From Camelus dromedarius (Eukaryota), in the NCBI RefSeq assembly GCF_036321535.1, contig NC_087437.1, positions 77,688,001 through 77,752,000 on the forward strand: a DNA stretch of 64,000 nt. Direction: 5' to 3'. The notes beneath the pieces were generated by a model. It worked only from the letters and a program-made list of their open reading frames with translations, was not told the origin of the DNA and did not search any database. Position 1 is the first letter of the stretch; the number at the start of each line of letters is the position of its first letter. A program made the translations under genes and the position numbers. This document shows positions 39,500 through 51,632 of the stretch, one piece after another.

Positions 39500-39710
39500 C
39501 AGACAGGAGAGTCTTGACCTTGGGGTCAGTGCGTCTGGGTTCTCATCCTCATTTGTCAAGTCTGAGCTGCAAGACCTTGGACAAATCCCTCCTCTTAAGA
39601 TGCTTGCTCACCTGCAAATAGGGGACAACAGGGAGTACTCACAGGGCTGGAGTGAGGATAAACGTGCCGTGAGCGTGAAAGGCCCCGGCAGGTAACAGGG
39701 ACTCCTGAAC
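39500..39710 (+). mobile_element. MIR SINE with CpG-rich 3' part
   Basis: gaccttggacaaatc...ctcacctgcaaataggggacaaca...gtgaggataaacg. Confidence 0.65.
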
Positions 39711-42700
39711 CTGAGAGTGACGCACGGACTGCTGCCCGAGCCACACGGCGACTGAGTGGACGAGGGGAGTCAGTCCTAGTTCTTAACTCCTCGTTTGTGT
39801 TTTTTCGATAAGTTCAGTGCCTATAAAGGGTTCAAACTGATTTTAAATAACTTTTTAGAAGATTTTTAAACTTTGGTTATGAGATTTTCCCCAATGCTAT
39901 AAACTTATTTCAAGATCTCCTTGAAAGGAGGTGGGGCACTAATCCAGCGGTGTCTCCTAAGTGTTCCTTTATTTTAACACTTCGAAGTTGCTAGGAGATG
40001 TGATGGAGGTGTTACTAATGCTACAGCAGAAATCACATTTCAGTATATTAATGGACCAAATCAACATGTACACCTTAAACTTACACAATGTTATATGTCA
40101 ATTATATCTCAGCTAACAGATAATTTAATGGGGGAATGAGGTAGGTGGGAAAAGTGAAGGGGGCGTAGGAGTGGCAGGCATAAACAATATATCACAATCT
40201 TGGAATGTGGTGTCATTGGAAAAGATGCATAAAATATTATAATGGAATTGCCAATTTGGAAAACAAAAATAACACCCACATAAAATAATTCACACATGAA
40301 AGAGTTCATAAGATTTGAGGTTCTCCAAACACAGGCATACGTATGGCAAATTTGAAAACTCAGAGGCAACATGAGGAATTATTAACACTTCCTACTGGAG
40401 AGGGAATCTTCTGTGATTTCTCGTTTATAGCCTGCCTGGGATGCAGCCCAGAAGGGCATCAGGACTATGGGTATTCAAGACTGGGACCCTGGCCGTGTGG
40501 AATTGCCACTTTCAGCAAGCTGGCCGTTGATACCTGTGCAGGTAATTGCGGTCATACCCATGAGAATAGTTATTTTTCTTTCTTCCTGGGTCGTAGCTCT
40601 CAGCAGAGTAAGTTTCCCCCCCGAGCCAAGCGTAATAAAGAGCTGGAGGAGGAGAGGCGGGCTCTACGACCTGCATCTCAGAAGGACAGTTGTCACCAAT
40701 TTCTGAGTCTGAAGCAGGAAACAAAGAAGAGTAAACAGCCGGACTTATCACAAGTTTCAGTTTGATACCTTTAGTGTTTCTAAGACTCTCCAAAGAAACT
40801 CCCCACTAAAATAGGGAGACCTTCTTATGTCCTCAGTAAAAAATAGAAAATGGCCTTTCATCTCGGCCAATAGTAAATGTGGGAACCACCATTATGCAAA
40901 GGATTAGAGGATCAAAATAAATGTAACAGTACTGAACACGCACGAAAGCAGGATGCCACCTGCCTGTGCTCAGCATCGCGGTTCAAAGTGTCCCGTAAGG
41001 TGAGTGGTAACACAGCCTGGGCGACGGCAGGTGCTGGAGGGACAGAACTTCCCTTCACCTTTGAAACAATAGCTCAAACAAACACTTGAAATAAAAGAAA
41101 AAAGTGAAATGCATATGTACAGACAGCTAGAAGAGATAACAATTGAAAACATTATGTTTTGATGCTCAGTCTTTTTTCTGGGGATGTGTCAGTTCATGTA
41201 GCAGGAGAGGGGAGGGCCATGGGTGGCTCTGCCCTTTGAGTGGCCAATGACCTTGTGATTGACTGAACGGGAGTGGGGGACTCCAGCATTTCCACATTAT
41301 CTTGTTTCCCCTCTAGTCTACTCTGTTATTTATGGTTGGAGAGAATAATGGGGCATTTTCTTTTCCTCCTTCTTCTGGCTGCCTGCCAGGCTATGGGTAG
41401 GGAAAGAAAAGGAAGCCAGAACTTGGATTAGCCGGACGTCTAATAGAAGGGGAGAGGCCACATCAGCCCTGCACTTTAACACACACCCTTCCATCCCTAG
41501 CACTATATTAAATGCCAGCAGGCAATCAAAGTCAGAGATGAAATTTTAATTCCAAAGAAGTCCTGGTGAGGCAAGAAAAAATATATACGGGATATGGAAT
41601 AAGATACTCCATTTGTTACTTTGGGCAGGTTATTCTCACTGAGACTTAGATACATGAAATATGGTTAATTAAATTTACCTCATTACATTTTCAGGATTTC
41701 AGTAGAAGAACAAAACGAGGAAAAGATGCGTATGTAGTAATAAACAAGGAAAGTCACCAAAGATGTGCTATTAATGCCCTTCAGCACTATCTTTTCAATT
41801 TATTCAGCGAGGAGTCCATCTTCTTTCATGGGAATGTACACTTGATTTTAAAGTGAATATTGATTGGAAATGTAATTCGGTAAAACTCAACTTTTTTTTT
41901 TGCAAGATCCTCTTCCATATATATATACTAATAGATACTAATGAGAAAGGTTTGAGAAAGGCTTAATATTACAGTGTTTCTTGAAGTTTGGGGGTCATAG
42001 GCAAGTCCCCTTTGCCAACTTAGGACTGTTTTTTGCTAAGACAGTGGTGTTAGAATATAGCATTATAAAAAGCAGAACTGACAAAGGATATGTGTGATTT
42101 TTCAGCTTCCATATTGTCTATATATTACAAAATAACTTCACAAAAATAGTCATGAGTTCCACAGTTGCAAAAGAGAAATTTCTTAGTAAATTTCCACAAT
42201 TCACACACAATATGTATTTTTAGATTACAAACGTCTGGTTAATGCTTACTCCGGGTTTAGTGATAAGAAGTGTGTTGGTCAGGGGTCTCTTAAATGCAAC
42301 CAACCTTAAAATTATGGTTTTAATACACTTCTGAATACGTCTGAGGCTACATCATGCTGCCTTACATTTTTCCTTTATCTTTGGCTCTTTTAATTTTTCA
42401 TTTGTTCTTGTACTATGAGACATGCAGGAGAGGATTTAGAACTCAAACAGTAATGTTTAACTTCCTGCAGATATAAAAACAATGTTCAGAGAATGGGATG
42501 GAAAGAAATGGAATAAATAATTTAAAAAAGTCATTGAATTATCTCTAGTTCTTTAATGTCTCTCATCTATTAAACAACTAGACATGAACTGGGTTTAGTC
42601 AATTAATGCCTTTTCCCAGGAACTGTCAGTTAATACCCTACATACAGGGGAAATGATCAGAGTCATCCATTCTCATTATCAAAAAAGTCTCAAATTAAAA

Positions 42701-45700
42701 AAAACTTCCAGTAAGAAGTTATACGAATCACAGCAGCAGAGGAATCATGAGTCCTTAGTCTGCAATGAATATCCCAGATCACAAGGTCAAGCACAACTGC
42801 TAAGCATTTCTTGCTGTGGTTCTCCATACTTAAAATAGATACAAAATATGTAGCTCATATGAATGGAATGGGGAGTGCATGGTAGTTGAAGCCACTGGGT
42901 ATGTCAACAAACATACTCTTACATTCTGCTTAGGCACAAAAGGTTGTTTCTCTCATCTCTCTCTACAGAGTTTATAAATTGCCAATGTAAAAGAACTTCC
43001 CCCTAAATGTTGCTTAAACTTCACTGCTTTGCCAGCTGTATCACTGAAGCATTTAAATACAATGTTTGACTCCTAATTTAATTGTTGCTGAAAGTAGTTT
43101 GCAATAATGGGTGACTCATGAAGATCGTTGATGGTATTATTTTTCAGGATAGTAAACACAGGGATATACTTCTTTAGGTATCTTGGGGAAAAGTCTGGAC
43201 TGTACCTTTATTAAAAATCTCTCATATTCATGTAACAGGGTGATAAATTAGCTAAAGATAGAAAGGAAACCCTCATATTGATTTGTAAAGTTAAAGTTAC
43301 TATCTAGAAGAAAAGAAAGAGTATTAGTGGACCTTAAAATGGCCTTATAATTCTTAACCTGAAAGCTCTCATCATGAATCTGCACTCACTCTGGACACAG
43401 GGATTAACAATAACTCATACAGCAAAAATGCTGGCTTATCTCAGAGGGCACTAGAAGGAATAAGTAGTCAGGAATGTAAAGCTCTTAGCAAATCTGAAGA
43501 GTTCCCCAAGTTCTTAATAAAAACACTGATGCTTTGGATGAGATTTGCAATTTATTCCTTTGATTACCAATAACATTAACTCTAGCAAAGTTGGTGCCCT
43601 TTTCAATTAAATAACAGTTATTTAGACAAATGTTCAAGTCAGATGGTAAAATATGCACTTAATTTAATGAGGTACTTTAAAGGTAATGCATGATATCTTA
43701 ACCCTTAACCTAAAGACACTATGAAGTGAAGTGTCCAGCATTTATTTACCCATGATTTTAATTTTGGGTCATCATGTGGTAAAAACCAATGAAGTAACCA
43801 AACACATACACACAGACTTGCTTTTCTATTCACAGAAGGACAAATGGGGTATGATGAGATACTGGCAATCAGAACAGAATGATTAAGGGCATTGTTGGGG
43901 AGCTCCAAGACTGTAACATTCATTTGATCATAACGTAGAGAACTGCTGTTAATGTTTGGCTAAATTCCAGAATGCAGAGAAATGTCATTTTCATTCTTTT
44001 GAGAAATGAAATTACTTTGGAGTGCATCAGAAACCCTAAATAATGAAAATGGAAATACCTTAGAGCCCAAGCTGTTAGATTTGTGAGCACCTTACTGTGG
44101 ATTATAAAGGAAGGATAAGATTTTGATAATTAGGAAACATACAGATAGAAGGAGAATTTCTCTAAGATAGATGCTGTCTCGGGACAATGGTCTGCATTTC
44201 CTTTCTTTTCTATTGTGTAGGCAGTCTTCTCGACTTTCCACAGAAACCGTGGACACAGGCCAAAATGAAGTGTTTGTTGGTAAAATATTCACTGAGAAAA
44301 AGAACACAATTGTTGTCAAGTGATAGTGGGAACTGCTCAAGATCAAGGACTGAAGTGCCAAGATCAGACATGAACGTGCCTCAGTGTGAGAGTGGACAGG
44401 TACCTCAACTACAGCACACAGCAGGAACATGCTTCTGCCTTACGTGGCCGAAAAAGAGAAAAAGTAAGGCACAGTGAGAGAAAATAAGAACTAGTGATGA
44501 GGCACAAAGACTCTAAAACAGCACTGCCTTAAATCAAATGCAGTACTGCCCCATGCCACTGTGTAACCTTAAGCAAGTCATTTAACCATCGTCTGCCGTA
44601 GCTTTTCTCCAAGGTAAAATATGTACAGTACAAGCATCTACTTCAGAGATGAACTGTGAGAACAAAACAGAACCCAACACAGGGTCACATCACGTGACTT
44701 CAAAAATTCGGAGCTACTGCCTCCCTCGATGGCAGCTCCATTTGAATATTACTTCATTGAAATTTCTAACTTTACAGGGTGAGATTGTGAACCTGATTGT
44801 GTCTGCTTTTTCTTTTGCTTTTAAGTTAACATACCTGAGTTGCTGAAAGGGGTTCAGACATCAAGAAAATATAAAGTCCAAAGTTGCCACTAGCTATACA
44901 CATTCTCTTGCAAAATCAATTTCCTCATTTGTAAGATATGGAAGTTTGAAACCCATGTTTGAAGCCAGGGGTACACTGCAGAATCACCAGTGGAACTTAA
45001 AAAAAAATGCAATGCTAAAACCCCATCTCTGTCCAATTGCATCTGAACCTAGGGTCAGATCTGAGGCAATCAGGAGTACCAGGCATACGTGTATGTTAAG
45101 AATATTCATTAATTGTATTTTCATTACAAACCACTGTTAGATGATTGTAAGGTTGATACTAATCTGCATTATTTTAAGACTCTGATAATCTTTAAACACT
45201 ATCTAAATCATTTTTAAAGTAATCCTGGTATTTTGTCTAATCATTTTTAAGAAATTCAAGGCAAAATAATGATGAATTTTTCTCTGAACTGGATTCTTCT
45301 ACGGAACCAAGTGACCTAAATAGAACAGAGAAGCAGTGACAACAAGGAGGCTCTAACTCAGCAGCAGTGTCCCTGCTGGCCAGACCTGTCACCACAGAGA
45401 CACCAGGCCATCTCTGCAGGACGGAAGAGCCACTGTAACTTATTTTCACCATGCTAAGCCAAACGGTTGACTTTTAGGCACTATGGACTTTTAAAAAAAT
45501 CTACCTAAGCATTGAAAAAAAAAATCAAACAATTGAATTCAGATTATTGACTGAGAAAAATAAGAGGATATGTGTGAAATCACTCCAAGCCATGTCCCCA
45601 GTATTGGCAACGTAGTCACGCTGAACTGAAGGCAAAATGTGGTGACCCTGATTCGGGGGGCGTGTCTCTCCTGTTACAGGAATTACATGCCCAGCTGAAA

Positions 45701-45775
45701 TGAGCACCAGGAACACACTGTACCTTCTCCCAGTGAAAGTCAGTGAACAGTGAAGGTCTTTTTTCTACCACTTAC

Positions 45776-45893
45776 TTTGATTTCTTAATGTACAGCCAGT
45801 AGACAACACCGGCAACGAGGGCGGCGAGGAGGAGACCGACGACGATTCCCACGATTAGCTTCGCCTGGTCATTCACCTTTTCTTTGTTCTCAT
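45776..45893 (-). CDS. ALCAM: ALCAM exon 14 (118 nt), transmembrane helix
   Basis: ttgtag|AT GAG AAC...TCA AA|gtaagt; (D)ENKEKVNDQAKLIVGIVVGLLLAALVAGVVYWLYIKKS(K). Confidence 0.97.
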
Positions 45894-46182
45894 CTACAAC
45901 AAAGAAGAAAAGCCCGTGCAATTACAGACAACGCCAAGGATTTCTGAAAAGAAGTCAATCTTAATTACTATTTCTTATTAAAAATGACTAAGGCTCACTA
46001 CTGAGAGTAACATGCAAACTTGTGCTTTTAAAGGATTAACGTTTTAGCACTGTTACTATCTTGTCTCAGTTGCTATTTTAATTTGAGTCAAAATTGCGGC
46101 AGCTAAGAAAATTACTTATACAATGACACTTCATAAATCTTGAGCTGATAGTCAAGGAAGAAGTCGGCAGTGTAGTACCTAC

Positions 46183-46221
46183 CACTTATCTCGTCTGCCT
46201 CATCGTGTTCTGGAATACTTA
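46183..46221 (-). CDS. ALCAM: ALCAM exon 13 (39-nt stalk exon)
   Basis: tttcag|TA AGT ATT CCA GAA CAC GAT GAG GCA GAC GAG ATA AGT G|gtaggt; (I)SIPEHDEADEIS; symmetric phase 1-1. Confidence 0.95.
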
Positions 46222-46574
46222 CTGAAATGAAAAATGTTAATATGAAATTAAAAACAAAATTTGTTGATATATGAAAGTCACCTTTACCATTATAGTATGA
46301 TGTAATAATACTCAAAGATAAAATATCTATTCTACGGCTAAGGGTAGAAAAAAACTTACATTTAATAGAGCATGAACTTCCCTACAAAGAAATTAATCTT
46401 GTTTTAAAGAAAGGAGAGTAGTTAAAACTGCAGATGTATTAACCTACCATAGAAAATTTCACAACTGACAAGCTATAGTGTTAATCTGAAATCCATATTA
46501 ATTTTCCCACTATCTACCACCTCCCAATAGGACTTTTTTGAGAGAAGCAAGTTGCAACATATGAAATCTACAAT

Positions 46575-46996
46575 GTAGTATTTCTCAACTTTTCTCCAAT
46601 CTTCCTGCCTCAGTGGAGAATTTATCTTCATCCTCTAGTGTCAGGGACTTACCACTAGAGACACTGTCAAAGTGGTTGGGGTGGAGGTTAAAACTGGGGA
46701 TGTCGCAGACAACATATATGATGCTTGTATAAGCCCCCCAAATGACTCTGATAGTTCTATGTTCTTGGCCATTTTAAGAATTGCCACTCTGATGGATGAG
46801 GATACAATGTTAAACTAAACAAATATTCTTCTATGCACATAGGCTTGCATGAGAACTTTACCAGTGATGTTTGTTAAATGCCAATTCCTAACCCCTCCTC
46901 ATACATACTATGTTAGACTTTCAGGAGGTGCTCGTTGAATTTGAAAGTGACAGTATTAAATGCTGATCATGCCATCGCATGGTCTAGAGAACCACT
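46575..46996. mobile_element. Two adjacent MER5-type hAT relics
   Basis: tagtatttctcaactttt...ttaagaattgccact and a second element ending ctagagaaccacta. Confidence 0.45.
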
Positions 46997-48081
46997 ATTC
47001 AACAAGCTAGAATATAAAGAGAGACGTGTTCAGGAAGAAAGGATAAGTTCTCTTTCTTGGTAGGACAAATCAATACTTGCTGAATTGAATTCAGAGAAGT
47101 CAGTGCTCCTATTTTAGAGTTAAATTTGTTTGGTTTTTTCCTCCTGTCAATCCAACATGTTTTTATATTCTAGTCATATTGTGTTAAGGACTATTATCTT
47201 TAGACAATCATTTTCTCCTAGCTCCCACTAATTCCTAGCCAGTATATCTCTATCCTGTGTCACATACAGGATTTCCACTAACTGAAGAATAAAAGTTTGA
47301 AGGGTCAGTTAGCATCCTGTCCGGCACTGAGCATCAGTCTAGGCTAGCCCTGATTTATGGCTGGCATGGCAATAGGAAGTATTACAGAATTGAAGATGAG
47401 AGATAATTTCAAATTAAATGAAATTGTTTTCAGAAGAAACTCCTATTGGTATCCATACTTTGATTTCAGCACCGACAAATTTTTTTATTACTTTCTCTGA
47501 GTTAATCTCATTTGTTTCATTTTTTAATCTATGATTCAAACATAATATTCAAAAGCATCAACTTTTGAAACCAGAATTAATAAATTCTAATATCAGTTTT
47601 GCTATCAATTTGCTGAATGACTTTATGCATGTGGCATTCCTATACAAAATAAGAATGGATAAATACCACAAAGAGTTGAAATGCAAAATAGTAGGTTAAA
47701 GGGAATTAAAAATTTTTTCAAACTTAAAACTGTTACATAAATGTTTTAATATAATCTTTGAATTATCTATACTCTGAACATAAAACTTGGATTAAATAAG
47801 AACTCAGGTCTCATCCTCTGTTGATCTTGGGAGATATTCCTGTACAAGATAAAATCTCTGACTCATAACACATGAAATGATTTAACTGTCAAGACAAGGA
47901 TTGCACAATGGACACCAGGAAAAAAAAAAGAGAACCTTATGATGATGATACCAAATGCAAAATAAATAAATAAAACTTACCATAATGCAGTACAGGAAGA
48001 TGGAACTGAAGATTTTAAACTAATGAAGAATAACTTCAAATTTTCTTACTTTTTTTTTAATGCCAGAAATGAAATACTCAC

Positions 48082-48214
48082 TAGCAGAGACATTCAAGGA
48101 GTTTACTGTTCTCTCCAGCTGGTTTTCTGCTGTGCAAGTTAATGTAACATTCTCCTCAGGGGAAATGATAATTTTACTATAATACCTGCCATTGATATAA
48201 GGAGATTCCTCTGT
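48082..48214 (-). CDS. ALCAM: ALCAM exon 12 (133 nt)
   Basis: tttcag|ACA GAG GAA TCT...GCT A|gtgagt; TEESPYINGRYYSKIIISPEENVTLTCTAENQLERTVNSLNVSA. Confidence 0.97.
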
Positions 48215-50035
48215 CTGAAAACAGAAAAGGAAAATAGATTTAGAAATGGAAATGGACTGAAAACATGGGAAAGAGTAATAGTGAGTGAAATAGGGTAGAT
48301 GCGGCATTCTGTCGTGCGAGCTGGCATTCAAGGGTACACGTGAGGTTATAGGTAAGGTCAGCTGAGGTTTATAACTACAGCAGGGAGGAAAAAGAGTAAT
48401 GAAGCCATAATTGGATTTCTGTTTATGCTTCTATTGTTAATTTTCTAATAATTAAATTAATTAAACTCTTTTTCAAATAGATGCTCAGGTTAGTTAATAT
48501 TTTGGCATGGTAGTACCTGTCTCAAAATAATTAATTAGTGACTAATTTGTCACCAGTTTTCTCCTAATAAACTTATGAATTTGATTCTACTTGTCAACTG
48601 TGTCATTGTTCTTCACTGCAGGGGTGAATTCCTTTATCTTAAACCGTGATATCTAAGAGCTCAGGCAGGCCTGATTTTTCCATGGGAAAAATTGGACTAT
48701 TGTTTCCGTAATTTTCTTGAGTTAAATACAGAGGATGGGTTCTTTCTGAGTGACTGGTAAGTTCATTCGGCTTTTGTGAAGTATTAATGAGGACAATCAC
48801 TGCCATTTAATTCCTGCAAACCCAAGAGACAATTCACTGTAATCTCTCCGCCAGGACTTGACTCCTCAGCCCACCTCCACTAACGCAAGCACGCACTTGT
48901 ATTCCTTTCTCAGTCATACTACACGCACCACATCCTGTATTGTCCTCTGCTTTCTCCTCAACTGCATTGTACAGGCCTTGAGGACAGGAGAGAGCATCCC
49001 GCTTAGGGATACCCAGGGCAGGGGCGGGGCAGAAGTATCAGTAGTTGTGAAATAATAGATTCACCATGTGATTGAGGAGGGAACAAATAAAAGATTTTAG
49101 ATGGATCAGCATAAACCTAGGACAAGAAAAATAACATATCACCTAGTGGGCCAGAATCAATCCTTCTCCTTGACAATGAAGAATGGCATTATTATTTTTA
49201 TCCTCAGAGTAAGTTCACCTGCCATTTTTCCACTTCCCACTAGTATTTTTCATATGACTTTCTCACGAGTTTTTGTTTTTGTTACTTTTATCCCTACAAA
49301 ATATATTTGCTCATTTCTAGGATGGCCTTTTAAATCTTTGAATCTTTTCATTGATTGATTATTTATTTTTCTATTTTCTCCGTTTTCATACCAATACCAA
49401 AAGGTTCTCTTTTGCTGTAATTATTACTTATTTGAACTAGATAGCAAAAAGAATAGAGGAGAAGAGAAACAGTCATGTTTGAGGCTAAAAAATAGATCTG
49501 TACATTGTTAGCAATTCAGGTGGTTCAGGTCTTTATTCTGACTCAAGAAAACTGCATTTCCTTGGTGTGAAGGGGCCTTCTCGCCCTGCTCATGCATGTT
49601 CTGTGGCTTGTGTGTCCCCATCACGCATGACCAAATCAGGAGGCATTTGCTTCAGGTGTGTCCACTCCTTTGGGGACCTTCCATCCCTGGAGTTATGCAA
49701 ATACGTCTCCCCGCCCATAGGTGAAAGAACCAGAATTCACCTTGCTCTGCAAAGCTACACTGTGGAAGCTGGACCAGTGGCCCAGCTTCCCTGGACAGAG
49801 AAAGAGTGGGCATTTTAACTTGAAATTGCAGCTCTGGTTTAGGCATGCCTTCTCAGATATCAGCTAGGTCCAAAGCTGGGAAGAAGGCAGCACAGAAGAT
49901 TCAAATAACCAAATGGCACCTCTAGGTGTTCCTGAAGAGTTTTTAAGTGGCTCCACTGAGAATAAGGTCATGAAGACTGTTGTAGGGAAAATGGAATTAA
50001 TAAGTATGTCAGTACCCTGAGCTGATTGGCAATTT

Positions 50036-50543
50036 TCTTCCTTTTTCTTCTTATTGAAGTATAGTCAGTTACAATATGTCAATCTCTGGTGTACTGCACG
50101 ATGTCCCAGTCATGCATATACATACATATATTCATTTTCATACTCTTTTTCATTAAAGGTTATTACAAGATATTGAATATAGTTTCCTGTGCTATAGAGA
50201 AGAAATTTGTTATTTTAAATCTAGTTTTATATAGCCACTAGGCTAATATTTGCAAATCTCAAACTCCCAAATTTTTCCCTTCCCACCCCTTTACCCCCAG
50301 TAACCGTAAGATTGTTTACTATGTCTGCGTTTCTGTTTCTGTTTTGTAGATGAGTTCATTAGTGTCTTTTTTTCGGTTCTACATATGAGTGATATCATAT
50401 GGCATTTTTCTTTCTCTTTCTGGCTTACTTCTCTTAGAATGATGATCTCTAGTTCCATCCATGTTGCTGCAAACAGTATTATTTTATTTTTTTAAATTGC
50501 TGAGTAGTATTCCATTGTATATATATACCACAACTTTTTTATT
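50036..50543 (-). mobile_element. LINE-1 3' end fragment in ALCAM intron 11
   Basis: T-rich start then attgaagtatagtcagttacaat, aagatattgaatatagtttcctgtgctata and ccatccatgttgctgcaaa, the reverse complement of the 3'UTR type seen at 24100-24520; degenerate TSD tgattggcaattt/tgaccagcaattt. Confidence 0.88.
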
Positions 50544-51258
50544 GACCAGCAATTTAATGGGATTACAGCTCTGAACAGTTAGTGATAGGCCAGATTCTCA
50601 TCTTTTTTCTTTTTTTTTTCTTTTGTCAAAAAGAAAATTACTGGTAGTGTTCATAAGTTCTTCGCCCTTTACTACCACTAAAATGTTGTGACAAAGGTAC
50701 AAATATTACTGTTTGGTTCATGTATACTTTGTTCAGCAGGAACCATCCTAGACACTGCATATTTAGCTAGCCTTACTCTGGCCTGGGCCCTGGCACACAC
50801 CAATCAGACCATATGTTCACAGTGACTGTGATCTTCCCCACACCCCAGAGCCCAGTTTCAAGATTAAATATCCCTTAATGTGTGTAAGTGAGCAAAGTAT
50901 AAGTGAGGCCACTTATGCTCAGATGTGGAAGTTCATGAGGCAGAAAAGTGTATACCATAATGTTTTCATCACTCCAGTTTCAGGAATTAATGACCATGGA
51001 ACAACACCTAATTTATATTCTTTAAAAAACAGACATTGACCACAACATAAGGATTCTTCCATTTGCCATGGCCCTAGTATTTTAAGTCTCTCTTTGAGCC
51101 ATGGTCTTCCTTTGGGAAAATTAAGAAGTTAATAAAAGCTTCTTCTGAGAATGTACTGTAGATCTCATGTTGATAACAAGCTACCCTACAGTTTAGGTAC
51201 ATAAATAAAACCCCACGTTGGACTAAGCACAGCACATAACAAAAAGACAAATACTTGC

Positions 51259-51392
51259 TTGGTTTATGACGCTTCCGCTGCCAGTAATTGTCCATTGTAT
51301 AGCTGGTTTCGGAAAACCTTCCACGTGGCAGATTATTGTTTTAGACAGTCCACTGGGATCAGTTTTCTTTGTCATTTTGATTTGAGGTTTTC
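51259..51392 (-). CDS. ALCAM: ALCAM exon 11 (134 nt), ends in a GC donor
   Basis: ttgtag|GA AAA CCT CAA...AAC CAA|gcaagt; (G)KPQIKMTKKTDPSGLSKTIICHVEGFPKPAIQWTITGSGSVINQ. Confidence 0.95.
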
Positions 51393-51496
51393 CTACAATG
51401 TCATTACAATTAAAAGAAGATGTGGAACCCAGATCATGAAAGCAGATATTAAATTCCCAAAGAAAAATTTGAATTGGTGCTCACGTATTTTATTAC

Positions 51497-51632
51497 CTTC
51501 TACAATCAGAGTCAATGACTCTCTTTTCTTTAGTCCTTCAACCTCTTGCAGAGCAGTTTCACAGACATAGTTTCCAGCATCCTGATAATGGAGACTAGAA
51601 AATGATGGGCTGGATCGAAGCTTGATGTTATC
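51497..51632 (-). CDS. ALCAM: ALCAM exon 10 (136 nt)
   Basis: aatcag|GAT AAC ATC...GAA G|gtaata; DNIKLRSSPSFSSLHYQDAGNYVCETALQEVEGLKKRESLTLIVE. Confidence 0.97.

Noticed and set aside
51259..51570. Plus-strand ORFs overlapping ALCAM exons (also 53580-53897, 29871-30125)
   Set aside because: Antisense shadows of real exons with no independent support.
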